From assembly GCA_963843235.1 (NCBI GenBank), contig CAWJJV010000024.1:155590-219589 (forward strand): 64,000 nt of DNA, read 5' to 3'. Within the stretch, counting starts at the first letter, position 1. The number at the start of each line of letters is the position of its first letter. Below the pieces are notes generated by a model. The model saw only the letters and a list, made by a program, of their open reading frames with translations, was not told where the DNA came from and did no database searches. Below are positions 10,329 through 20,238 of the stretch, piece by piece. The position numbers were made by a program, and so were the translations under genes. This DNA is from an uncultured Alphaproteobacteria bacterium. GTDB taxonomy: Bacteria; Pseudomonadota; Alphaproteobacteria; Rhizobiales; Xanthobacteraceae.

Positions 10329-10356
10329 GGAACTTTCGGTTTCGCTCCGAGTCATA
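10329..10356 (+). promoter_or_regulatory. ECF (sigmaE-type) promoter candidate
   Basis: GGAACTT-N16-TCATA versus sigmaE consensus GGAACTT-N16-TCAAA, 39 nt before a Spy/CpxP-like gene. Confidence 0.5.
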
Positions 10357-10394
10357 TTTGTGACGCGATATGGCCTGGCGCGGAGGAGGGATTC

Positions 10395-11666
10395 ATGTCG
10401 AAGTCCCGCATCGCAATGGCTGCGGCCGGCGTTGCCATCGTCGCTCTGGGAGCGCTGCCGAGCACAGTCGAGGCGGGCTTCCGCCTACGCTTTGGTGGCC
10501 CCGTCGGTGTCGCGCGCTTCGCGATGGTACGCGTGCTGTCGGTCGCAGGTCTCCGCCACGCACGCGTGGCTGCACGCCACAGCCGCGTCCGAACAGCTGC
10601 CTTAAGACCGCAAGATCTCCGCTCCGCCGCCGGTTCGATCCACCCGAGCGCGCGTGCGCAGCTCACTGCCGTCACGGCGCTGGCCGGCTGGCAGGGTGGC
10701 CGCGCTGCGCAAGGCTGGTGGCAGCACTCCGACGGTTCATACGGCTGGGTCGGTCCGCTGTTCTGGCCGTTCGCCTATAGCGATCTTTATGACTACGCGC
10801 TTCTCAGTGATGGTAGCGGCTTCTGGGCCTATGGCTACGGCGATCTCTACGCCGCGATCTTCTCGCCTTACGCTGCCAGCGATCTCTCAGCGTTCGCGGC
10901 CGAGCGCCCTGCCAGGCGGCATCGCAAAGCGCCTTCCGTGCAGGAGCTCTGCGGCGCTGACAGCGCCAAGATGACGGGCCTTCCCTTCGAGCGGAACGGC
11001 CGGGTGGTCGCGGCGAACGAGGCACAGCGTACAGCCTTCGACGAGCTCGCGAGCGCCTGGACTTCCGCCGGCGACACCATCCGCGCCTCCTGTCCAGCGC
11101 AGGCCGCAACCACCGCGCTGGAGCGGTTCGCGGCCATGGAGAGCCGCGTCAACGCGATGCTGAGCGCGGTTGCGGCCGTTCAGCCACCGTTCCAAAAGTT
11201 CTACGATCTCCTGAGCGATGAGCAGAAGGCGCGGCTCAACGAGCCCCGACGCGACCGCCGCGCCAACGCCGCGGCCGCGAAGCTGAAGGAAATGCAGGAT
11301 GCCGCCTGCCAGGCGAGCCGCGATTTGCAGGACGAGCAACAGGCCGAAAAGCAATACCGCGAGCTCATCGCCCAGCAATGGCCCCTCGACGACATCGCCG
11401 CCAGCCTGGAACTGAACGATAGCCAGACCGCCGCGCTCGAAGTGGTCCAGGACACCACGATGGATACTATGGAAGCCTTACGCGCATGCCCGCCAAAGGA
11501 CGCGCTCACCCCGCCGGCCCGGCTTGAGGCCGCAAAGGCGCGGTTGGAAGCGATGCGAGAGGCGATCAGAAGCGTGAACGACGCGGTCGACGATTTCCAT
11601 GCGGCCCTGAGTGACGAGCAGAAGACGCAGTTCGAGGGGCTCGGGCCGAAGAAGCGGGGGGTATGA
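10395..11666 (+). CDS. Spy/CpxP family periplasmic chaperone (LTXXQ motifs)
   Basis: Signal peptide MSKSRIAMAAAG; LSDEQ, LNDSQ, LSDEQ motifs; GGAGG SD upstream. Confidence 0.75.
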   Translation: MSKSRIAMAAAGVAIVALGALPSTVEAGFRLRFGGPVGVARFAMVRVLSVAGLRHARVAARHSRVRTAALRPQDLRSAAGSIHPSARAQLTAVTALAGWQGGRAAQGWWQHSDGSYGWVGPLFWPFAYSDLYDYALLSDGSGFWAYGYGDLYAAIFSPYAASDLSAFAAERPARRHRKAPSVQELCGADSAKMTGLPFERNGRVVAANEAQRTAFDELASAWTSAGDTIRASCPAQAATTALERFAAMESRVNAMLSAVAAVQPPFQKFYDLLSDEQKARLNEPRRDRRANAAAAKLKEMQDAACQASRDLQDEQQAEKQYRELIAQQWPLDDIAASLELNDSQTAALEVVQDTTMDTMEALRACPPKDALTPPARLEAAKARLEAMREAIRSVNDAVDDFHAALSDEQKTQFEGLGPKKRGV

Positions 11667-11708
11667 TTTTTTCCATCCCCAAACGAGACTTTTGTCTCGG
11701 CTTGTCAA

Positions 11709-11790
11709 CGTCATTGCGAGGAGCTCTTGCCACGAAGCAATCGAGCTCTCTGCTTGTTGCCCCGGGTTGCTTCGCTAATGCTCGCGAACA
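11709..11790. repeat. Degenerate GTCATTGCGAG-family palindromic element
   Basis: cgtcattgcgagg...gaagcaatc...ttgcttcgct..gctcgcga; same family as 48361-48443 and 63494-63580. Confidence 0.65.
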
Positions 11791-11825
11791 GGCTTTTCAG
11801 CGCCGCTGGCGCAACGCGCCGCGGA

Positions 11826-12817
11826 TCAGCCGATCAATGTCGCGAACATATCCGCATCGACATTGCCGCCGGACAGAACGATCACGACATTCTTGGCCTT
11901 CGCATCGATGCGGCCAGCCAGCAATGCAGCGAGGCCGACCGCACCGCCCGGCTCGACCACGAGCTTGAGTTCGCGAAATGCAAACCCGCACGGCCTCGCC
12001 CACTTCCGCATCGGACGCGGTGACACCCTGGCTGAGCAGCCGGGAATTGATCGCGAAGGTGAGTTCACCGGGGATCGATGGCCATCAGCGCGTCGCAGAT
12101 GGTGTGGCCTTTGGCTTGATGCGCCTCGCGCTTGCCGGCGCGCAGCGAACGCGCATGGTCGTCAAAATCTTCGGGCTCCGCGGACATCAGCATCGCCTGC
12201 GGATAGCGCGCCTTGACCGCCGTCGCGATCCCCGCCACCAGGCCGCCGCCGGACGCCGGGGCAACCACGATATCCGGCGTCATGCCGAGCGCCGCCATAT
12301 CCTCGGCGATCTCCCGCCCCACCGTGCCCTGACCGGCGATCACCAAGGGATCGTCGTAAGGCCGCACCAGCGTCGCGCCGCGTTGGCGGGCGATCTCGCC
12401 GGCGATGGCTTCACGATCTTCGCGGTCGCGATCGTACAATACGACTTCCGCGCCATAGGCCTTGGTGCGTTCGCGCTTGGAGAGCGGCGCGTCCGCCGGC
12501 ATCACGATGGTCGCCTGCATGTTGAGGATCTGCGCCGCCGCCGCCACGCCCTGGGCGTGATTGCCGGACGAGAACGCCACGACGCCGCCGCCGCGGGCGG
12601 CCTGCGGGATCGACGACAGCTTGTTGAAGGCGCCGCGAAACTTGAAAGAGCCGGTCCGTTGCAACAGTTCCGGTTTCAGGAACACGTTGGTGCCGATGCG
12701 CTCACTGAGCGCCGGCGGCGACAGCAACGGTGTGCGCACCGCGAACGGTGCGATCACCCGCGCGGCTGCGTCGATATCGGAGGGGCTGACGGGCAAAACT
12801 GCAGATTGGTCGGTCAT
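11826..12817 (-). CDS. Threonine/serine dehydratase (PLP fold II); apparent frameshifts near 12080 and 11990
   Basis: LKPELLQRTGSFKFRGA, SSGNHAQGVA, SGGGL, VVEPGGA, LSGGN. Confidence 0.85.
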
Positions 12818-12866
12818 GTCAGGTTTCTATCGCGTCATCAGGTGCACCGGCAAGCTGCCGGGCCGG

Positions 12867-13922
12867 TCAGGCGACGAAACGCGGATGCTTCACCGCGAAT
12901 TGCACGGTATCGCTGTTCGGGTCGGCGTTACGGATACCCGTTATATGATCGACAAACGCGCGAGCCGAAGCTTCCCAGGTGTGCTTTCCGGCAAACTCGA
13001 GGCAGGCCTGCGGCGAGATCGCGAGCGCCGCCAGGCATGCGGCCCGCAGATCCTCGTTCAGGACGCCGACCGGGGCGGTGCCGATCACGTCGCGGGGACC
13101 GGTCACGGGAAAGGCTGCGACCGGCAGACCGCTGGCGAGGGCCTCCAGCAGCACGAGACCGAACGTGTCGGTCCGGCTCGGAAACACGAAGACGTCGGCG
13201 GCGGCATAGGCCTGCGCCAATTCCTCGCCCTGGCGTGCGCCGAGAAATACCGCTTGCGGATATTTCTGCTCCAGCGCCGCCCGCGCCGGTCCGTCGCCGA
13301 CGATCAGTTTGGTGCCGGGCAAGTCGAGATCGAGAAACGCCTCGAGGTTCTTTTCGACCGCAACCCGGCCGACACAGACGAACACCGGGCGCGGCAGGCC
13401 GAGGTCGGCGGGGCGCGGGTGAAACAGCCCGGCGTCGACGCCGCGCGGCCATAGCACCACGTTGCGAAACCCGCGGACGCGCAATTCGGTTGCCAGCGCC
13501 GGCGTCGCCGCCATTACGGCCTGGCTGCTGCCGTGAAACCAGCGCAGCGCCGCCCAGACCCAGGCTTCAGGGACCGGCAATCGCGCCGACAGGTATTCGG
13601 GAAAGCGGGTGTGAAAGCTCGTGGTAAAGGGCAGCCTATGCTTGCGGCAGTAGCGGCGCACCAATAGCCCGATCGGCCCTTCGGTGGCGATATGGATGCT
13701 GTCGGGCAGCGCCTGTTCGATCAGTTGCGCCGTCTTGACCGGCCCCGGCAGCGCCAGCCTGAGATCGGGATAACCCGGCATCGCGAAGGTGCGGAACGAT
13801 TGCGGCGTGAGAAAACTGATATCGACGCCGAACGCCTTCGTCGCCTCCGCCATCATCGCCAGCGTGCGCACCACCCCGTTGACTTGAGGGTGCCACGCAT
13901 CGGTCGCGATCAGAATGCGCAT
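12867..13922 (-). CDS. agt: GT4 glycosyltransferase, Agt-like (glucosyl/glucuronosyl-diacylglycerol synthase)
   Basis: MRILIATDAWHPQVNGVVRT N-terminus; FPSRTDTFGLVLLEALASG; coupled to plcP. Confidence 0.7.
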   Translation of the reverse strand: MRILIATDAWHPQVNGVVRTLAMMAEATKAFGVDISFLTPQSFRTFAMPGYPDLRLALPGPVKTAQLIEQALPDSIHIATEGPIGLLVRRYCRKHRLPFTTSFHTRFPEYLSARLPVPEAWVWAALRWFHGSSQAVMAATPALATELRVRGFRNVVLWPRGVDAGLFHPRPADLGLPRPVFVCVGRVAVEKNLEAFLDLDLPGTKLIVGDGPARAALEQKYPQAVFLGARQGEELAQAYAAADVFVFPSRTDTFGLVLLEALASGLPVAAFPVTGPRDVIGTAPVGVLNEDLRAACLAALAISPQACLEFAGKHTWEASARAFVDHITGIRNADPNSDTVQFAVKHPRFVA

Positions 13923-14719
13923 CAGGCGGCGCGTGCCGTCACCGAGGGCACCGGCGCCACCCGGCGCTGCGGATCGGTCCAGGTGATGATTTCAAACTGG
14001 CCATCTTCATGCTCGACCAGCGCGGTGCAACTTTCCACCCAGTCGCCGCAATTCATGTAACGGATGCCGTGCTCGTCGCGGATGGTGGCGTAGTGGATGT
14101 GACCGCAGATCACGCCATCGGCGCCGTGACGGCGTGCCTCGGCGGCCAGCGTCTGCTCGAAGGCGCCGATGTAGTTGACGGCGTTCTTGACCTTCAGCTT
14201 CGCCCATTGCGACAGCGACCAGTACGGCACGCCGAACGCGCGCCGGAAGAAGTTGACCAGGCGATTCATCTGGATCGCGAAATCGTAAGCCTTGTCGCCA
14301 AGATGGGCGAGCCAGCGCGCGTTCTGCACCACGAGGTCGAAGATATCGCCGTGAATCACCAGGTAGCGGCGGCCGTCGACGCCGACATGGACGGTATTTT
14401 CGACGACATCGATGCCGCCAAAATGCGTGCCGTAATAATTCCTGAGGAACTCGTCGTGATTGCCCGGCACGTAGACGACCTTGGCGCCCTTGCGCGCCTT
14501 GCGCAGCATCTTTTGCACGAAGTCGTTGTGCGATTGCGGCCAGTACCAGTTGGAACGCAGGGCCCAGCCATCGACGATATCGCCGACCAGATAGATGGTA
14601 TCGGCGTCGTGGACGCGGAGGAAGTCCAGCAACCGTTCGGCTTGCGAGCCGCGTGCGCCGAGATGAACATCGGAGATAAACAAAGTGCGAAAGCGCCTTT
14701 CGGGACTCTCTTCACTCAT
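13922..14719 (-). CDS. plcP: Metallophosphoesterase PlcP (intracellular phospholipase C; often annotated LpxH-like)
   Basis: ISDVHLG, LVGDIVDGW, GNHDE, HGD, CGHIH, YMNCGDW motifs; pairing with an Agt-like GT. Confidence 0.7.
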   Translation of the reverse strand: MSEESPERRFRTLFISDVHLGARGSQAERLLDFLRVHDADTIYLVGDIVDGWALRSNWYWPQSHNDFVQKMLRKARKGAKVVYVPGNHDEFLRNYYGTHFGGIDVVENTVHVGVDGRRYLVIHGDIFDLVVQNARWLAHLGDKAYDFAIQMNRLVNFFRRAFGVPYWSLSQWAKLKVKNAVNYIGAFEQTLAAEARRHGADGVICGHIHYATIRDEHGIRYMNCGDWVESCTALVEHEDGQFEIITWTDPQRRVAPVPSVTARAA

Positions 14720-14757
14720 AGCGTCACTTCCCATGCACGAGCCCCTAGCACAACCCC

Positions 14758-14775
14758 GTGACAGCGCGATGACGA
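14758..14775 (-). promoter_or_regulatory. Pho box candidate
   Basis: Minus strand TCGTCAT-cgcg-CTGTCAC (11-bp period), 39 nt upstream of the plcP ATG. Confidence 0.5.
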
Positions 14776-15059
14776 CTCACGCCGCGGCTGGCACCAGCCA
14801 TTCGAAACTGACCAGCGTATCGATCCAGATAGCGCGACCTTCTATTCGCCACCGGTCGAGCCCGACGAATCGGACGTCTATCTTTAATGACCGGCAAATA
14901 GCAGCGCTGTGCGACAAGGAGGCGACAGGGGGCGCCGACTATCCGTCGTCCCGGCGACGCCGCGACCGATACGCTGTGTCGATGTAATTAGAAAATGGCG
15001 TTGAGAGCGTCTCGCCTCTAGCAACACCGCCACCGGTTATAGGTCCTCGCGAAGTAAGT

Positions 15060-15860
15060 CTAATAAAACGCGTGGAAATGATGGACCGGTCCGTGGCCAT
15101 GACCGACGGCAAGGCGGTCGGCCGCCGATATCGCAGCACTGATCCAGGCTTTGGCGCGACGTATGGCCGTTTCCAGATCGTCGCCTTTGGCGAGGCCGGC
15201 CGCGATCGCGGAGGACAGTGAGCATCCGGTGCCGTGGGTATTTTTGGTCGCAATGCGCGGCGCGGCCAGCGCGATGGTGCCGTTGCCGTCGAACAGATAG
15301 TCGATGCTCTCGGTGCCCTGCCCGTGACCGCCCTTGATCAGCACCGCGCGACACCCCATCGCGAGCAGCCGCTGGCCCTGGCGCTCGATCGCGGCCTCGC
15401 TCGCCGCGACCTCTTCCTGCAACAGCGCCGCCGCCTCCGGCAGATTTGGCGTGACCAGCGACGCCTGCGGAATGAGTTTGGTTCGCAGCGCCTCTACTGC
15501 ATCGGGCGCCAGCAGATGATCGCCCGAGGTCGCCACCATCACCGGATCGAGCACGACATGTTTGGGCGACCACCGTGCCAGCCCGGCAACGATCGCGTCG
15601 ATCACCGGTCGCTGCGCCACCATCCCGATCTTGACGGCCTTGACGTCGAGATCGCTGAACACCGCATCGATCTGCGCGGTCACGAAATCGGCAGGCACCG
15701 GATGAATGCCGCTGACACCGGTGGTATTCTGCGCGGTCAGGGCGGTGATGACGGAGGCGCCGTAGACGCCGAGCGCGGCAAACGTCTTCAGGTCCGCCTG
15801 CACGCCGGCGCCGCCTGACGAATCCGAACCGGCGATGGTGAGCGCGACCGGTATCGTCAT
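15060..15860 (-). CDS. thiD: Hydroxymethylpyrimidine/phosphomethylpyrimidine kinase
   Basis: ALTIAGSDSSGGAGVQADLKTF, VKIGM, LDPVMVA, TPNLPEA, KGGH, THGTGC. Confidence 0.95.
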   Translation of the reverse strand: MTIPVALTIAGSDSSGGAGVQADLKTFAALGVYGASVITALTAQNTTGVSGIHPVPADFVTAQIDAVFSDLDVKAVKIGMVAQRPVIDAIVAGLARWSPKHVVLDPVMVATSGDHLLAPDAVEALRTKLIPQASLVTPNLPEAAALLQEEVAASEAAIERQGQRLLAMGCRAVLIKGGHGQGTESIDYLFDGNGTIALAAPRIATKNTHGTGCSLSSAIAAGLAKGDDLETAIRRAKAWISAAISAADRLAVGHGHGPVHHFHAFY

Positions 15861-16004
15861 GGCTCTGCGCGCGGGAATTTCAGCGCTCCGCTGTAGGTCA
15901 TGTTCTGTCCTAGCGCGGCATGCTATTGGCAGCAAGTTCGCTTGCCATAGCCCTTTGAATTCGGGTCTATTGCCCTCATGCGACGCCCTTCGGAGACGAC
16001 AGCG

Positions 16005-16250
16005 ATGGTTCCATTTTTCGTCCAGTTCAAGTGCAAGCTCGGCCAGTCCTACGCCGTCGCCAACGCGCTGGCCGAGGCCGAGATCGCCTCGGAGATCTAT
16101 TCCACCGCCGGCGATTACGACCTGCTGGTCAAATTCTATGTCGATAACGACACTGACATCGGCCACTTCGTCAACGAGAAGGTGCAGGTCATTCCCGGCA
16201 TCCAGGACACCCACACCATCATCACCTTCAAGGCGTTCGGCCCCGGCTAG
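16005..16250 (+). CDS. Stand-alone Lrp/AsnC ligand-binding (RAM) domain protein
   Basis: 81 aa; IYSTAGDYDLLVK and IPGIQDTHTII pattern; no HTH. Confidence 0.8.
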   Translation: MVPFFVQFKCKLGQSYAVANALAEAEIASEIYSTAGDYDLLVKFYVDNDTDIGHFVNEKVQVIPGIQDTHTIITFKAFGPG

Positions 16251-16401
16251 ACCCCGGAGCTAATTTTTCAAAGATTAACAAGGCGATAACCCGGTGGCTA
16301 AACCACAAGCTGCCGGTGCAGTGGCGCAGTGACCTCGCGTTAACGGCTTGGCGGCGATAGTCCGTGAGACGGGCCGCGGCCCTTCGAGGGCGGGCACTGA
16401 A

Positions 16402-17919
16402 ATGACCATCGCTAACGCCGCATCGGGGCGCAGCCACGCCAACGGTCTGACGTCGGCGGCGGCGCGCGTGAATCCGCTGGTGGCGATCGTGCTGCTGGCC
16501 GTAGCGGTTCGTTTGCCGCTCGCGTTCTGGCCGAACTATCATCACCCCGACGAGATATTCCAGTATCTGGAGCCCGCCTGGCGCATGCTTGGTCACGACA
16601 GCATCGTGTCGTGGGAGTGGCGATACGGCATGCGTGGCTGGCTGCTGCCGACGGTGATGGCCGGTCCCGTCGCGATCGGCGATTGGCTTGTTCCGGGCGG
16701 GATGGGGGCGTTCGTCCTGCCGCGCCTCCTTGCCGCGACAGCATCACTGTCGATCGTCGTCTCGGCCTGGGCGTTCGGTGCGCGCGTATCCCGAACCCAC
16801 GCGATCCTCGCCGGTTTCGTGGCGGCGATCTGGTTCGAGTTTGTGTATTTCGCGCCGCATACCCTGGGCGAGCCGCTGGCGACAGCGACCCTGTTGCCCG
16901 CCGCACTGTTGCTGACGCGCGCGACGCCATCGCCGCGCGACCTGATGGGAGGCGGCGCGTTGCTGGCGCTCACCATCCTGTTTCGTTTCCAATACGCCCC
17001 GGCGGTCGCGACGCTCGCGGTCGGCGCGTGCTGGCGGCATTGGGCCAGAATGCTGCCGATGACAATTGGCGGCGTCGCGGTGCTGGCGGTGAGTGCCATC
17101 GTCGATGCAGCGCATGGCGCGGTACCGTTCGCATGGCTCATCGCCAATATTCAACAGAATCTGCTGCACGATCGCGCCGCCGCATTCGGCGTGACGCCCG
17201 TCATCGCCTATATCAACAGCTTCTGGTTCATGTGGTCGATCGCGATCGTGCCGCTGCTGTTCGCTATCGCTCGAGGCTGGCGACATGCGCCGGTGCTGGC
17301 GTGGACCGCTTGCGTCAACATCGGGTTTCACAGCCTGATCGGCCACAAGGAATATCGTTTCATCTTTCTGTCCGTTACCCTGCTGGTCATCATCGCCGCG
17401 CTCGGCTCGGTCGACTGGATCGCGACCCTGCGCAGCAGGCCCGCCTGGCGCCGATGGGCCGTCGCCATGATCGCCGGCGGCTGGGTGAGCGTTTCCACGG
17501 CGCTGGCGATGACGGGCCTGATGCCGGACTACTGGATGCAAGGGCTTAGTGTGGTAAAACTCACTGCGGAATTGCGGGCCGACCCGCAGATGTGCGGTCT
17601 CGCCCTTTACGACACGCCGTTCGTGGTGCTGTCGGGCCGGAATCGCCTCGCCGGCCGTGCGCCTCTGTACGCGCTTCTTTCGACCGATCCGCTTGCCGCC
17701 GGTCGGTTGGCCGCGATTGCGCCCAAGGCGTCGGCGGCCTTCAACCGCATTCTCGCGCGTCATGCAATGCAAACAGAATTGCCTCCCAATTTTACGCCGC
17801 GCGGCTGCGCGAGCGTCGGCGACGCCGAGGTCTGTATATTTGCGCGAGACGGCGGTTGCGACGCTAACGCGGCGTCTTCATTTGAGATCAACGACGTGCT
17901 GACGCGCGCCGATCTTTGA
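16402..17919 (+). CDS. Multi-TM GT-C glycosyltransferase, Alg9/PIG-B-like (GT22)
   Basis: HPDEIFQYLEPA, SWEW...R and HKEYRFI motifs parallel PIG-B/Alg9 conserved blocks; many TM segments. Confidence 0.7.
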   Translation: MTIANAASGRSHANGLTSAAARVNPLVAIVLLAVAVRLPLAFWPNYHHPDEIFQYLEPAWRMLGHDSIVSWEWRYGMRGWLLPTVMAGPVAIGDWLVPGGMGAFVLPRLLAATASLSIVVSAWAFGARVSRTHAILAGFVAAIWFEFVYFAPHTLGEPLATATLLPAALLLTRATPSPRDLMGGGALLALTILFRFQYAPAVATLAVGACWRHWARMLPMTIGGVAVLAVSAIVDAAHGAVPFAWLIANIQQNLLHDRAAAFGVTPVIAYINSFWFMWSIAIVPLLFAIARGWRHAPVLAWTACVNIGFHSLIGHKEYRFIFLSVTLLVIIAALGSVDWIATLRSRPAWRRWAVAMIAGGWVSVSTALAMTGLMPDYWMQGLSVVKLTAELRADPQMCGLALYDTPFVVLSGRNRLAGRAPLYALLSTDPLAAGRLAAIAPKASAAFNRILARHAMQTELPPNFTPRGCASVGDAEVCIFARDGGCDANAASSFEINDVLTRADL

Positions 17920-17983
17920 GCGCGATCGCTCGGCCCCTCCTGAAATGCCGCCCTGCATGCCTGAGCGACCTTGGCCGCCGGGC

Positions 17984-18102
17984 CGCAGCATGCCTGCTTG
18001 CCATGAATTCGGCTCTATTAGTCATCAGACGAGAAGGTGCCGGTAGTTCCCTGCAACCAGAACGTCCGCACCATCACTTCCAAGGCATTCGGCCCCCGCT
18101 AG
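17984..18102 (+). pseudogene. Decayed, internally deleted copy of the lrp upstream region and 3' end
   Basis: 18029-18102 aligns to 16174-16250 with 61/74 identities and a 3-nt gap; 17984-18019 echoes 15914-15971. Confidence 0.85.
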
Positions 18103-18244
18103 AACGCACGGGCATCGCACGATCGAACCTTCGCAAGTTTTGAGTACCGGCAGCCCATTTCGGCAAGGCCGGCTTTTCCGACCAAAACCACTATTCGAGC
18201 CAATCCGCCTTCACTGCGATCGATTGATTCCAACGTTGGTTCAT

Positions 18245-20198
18245 ATGTTTCATTCGCGCGGCGCAACTGTTGCTGTCGATAGTCTTGGTCCGGCACCGGG
18301 GGCGAGCCATTTTCGCGCGGAGATCGCTGGGCTACGCGCGATTGCGGTGATCATCGTCGTTCTGTTTCACCTGAAGGCCGACGGCCTCCAGGGCGGGTTC
18401 ATCGGGGTCGATATTTTCTTCGTTATTTCGGGCTATCTTATCACGCGCAATATTTTGCTCGACCTGCAAGCCGACCGCTTTTCGCTCGGCCAGTTTTACG
18501 TGCGGCGAACGCGGCGAATCTATCCCGCCCTGATTTTCACGGTGGTGGCGACCTATCTCTGCGGTGCCCTGTGGTGCTCGCCCCAGATGTTCCTCGATCT
18601 TGCCAAGGAATGCACCCACGCGCTGCTATCGATCTCCAATATCCAATACTGGCGCGAGTCCCAGCAATATTTTGCCCGCAGCTCGCATGAGTTGGCGCTG
18701 CTGCATTGCTGGTCGCTATCTCTCGAGGAGCAATTCTATTTAGTCTGGCCCCTCTTGCTCGTACTGGCGTGCAGGCTGGGCCGCCCGTTTCAAGTCATCG
18801 CCATCGCCGCACTCGCCTCGTTGCTGTTCTCGATCATCGTGACGAGGACCGATCCGCAAGCGGTGTTTTTTCTGATGCCGTTTCGCGTATTCGAGTTTGC
18901 CTGCGGCGCGTTGGTGCTGCTGCTGGAACGCAGGTTTCGCCCAAGTGACGACCGCAGCGAATGTCCTGTCCGCGGCCGGCCTGCTCTGCATCGCAGCCAG
19001 CGCGCTACTGTTCAAGTCGGATATGCCGTATCTCGGCGCGGCAACCCTGCTGCCATGCCTTGGCGCGGCCGCCATCATCTGGGCCGGCAGCAAGCCGCGG
19101 GCATCGAGGGTCCTCACCAATCCTGCCATGGTTGGCGTGGGAGCGATCTCCTATTCGCTCTATCTCTGTCATTGGCCGATTATCTTCTTCGCGCGCTTTA
19201 TCTTTGGCGACGCGGCCAACTCTGCGGCGGCCACCCTGATAATGGTCGTCTTGATGATCGCCATCGCGACAGCCATGTATCTGCTGATCGAGCGCCGGTT
19301 TATTCAACCACCCGGCGCTCGCCCGATCACGTTCTGGAAGAATGCCGCGGCCTTTGGCTCGGTCATCCTGGCGCTGGCGGCGATAACCCATACAACGTTT
19401 CTGCAAAAGGGCTTCCCCTGGCGGTTGCCCGAAGCCGCGGAGGAATTGGCGCATTTGCAGAGTTATCCCACCGGCCGCGACGTCGAACCGGTCGTGGGCC
19501 CGGCTGGTTTTTCGTTGGTCGGGGACTCCTATGCTGTCCAGTATACGGCCGGGCTGTCGCCGGTGATGAAGCCCCTCAACATTCGGTTTGATATCCTGGC
19601 CCACTCCGGCTGTCCGATCCTGGATGGCGTTATTGTAAGAGGGCCGCTCGGCGAGAACTGCCGATCGTTGCGGGATCGAACGCTGGTCAAACTGGAACAA
19701 ACAGATTTGCCCATTGCCTGGACCCAGGCATGGGAGTTCTACAGCGAAAAAACCATCGCCTTCGAATCCGATGCCGAGGAGCCCTTCACGGCGCGGCTGC
19801 AGCGCGCCATCGAGCGAACGATCGAGAGAATCACGGCACGCGGCCAGCGCCTCCTCATCATCGGCGCGCAGGTGATCCCAGGCTGTCCGATCAATCGTCC
19901 GCGGCTGCTACAGGGGCCGCTGTTTCATGCGCCCGAGCCGCCGTGTCCGCCGATCAGCCGGGAATCCGTCGAGCGGTCGACCGCGCCGATCGATCGCATG
20001 TTCGCGCGCATTCAGGGCAGATGGCCCGGCAAGTTCGAATTGCTGCGTCCGACGGACTACTTTTGCGATGACACCTGCCCCGTCGTCCAAGATGGCATCT
20101 GGCTCTATTCCGATCAGATGCATTTTTCGGTCGCTGGATCGAAGTACATCGTGAACCGTGCTGCGGACCGCTTCCGCGAATTTGCGGTGTCGCGTTAG
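18245..20198 (+). CDS. Acyltransferase-3 plus SGNH domain O-acetyltransferase (OafA/YrhL-like); frameshift near 18940
   Basis: RAEIAGLRAIAV..VVLFH, GGFIGVDIFFVISGYL, LHCWSLSLEEQFY, SYSLYLCHWP; SGNH GDSYA and DQMH. Confidence 0.85.
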
Positions 20199-20238
20199 GC
20201 GGCGCGCGTGCCGATGTGCATTGGCGTGCGGGCCGCTC

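Noticed and set aside
13922-14719. LpxH lipid A enzyme
   Set aside because: Operon partner (Agt-like GT) and Pho-box-like site fit PlcP better; not proven without phylogeny.
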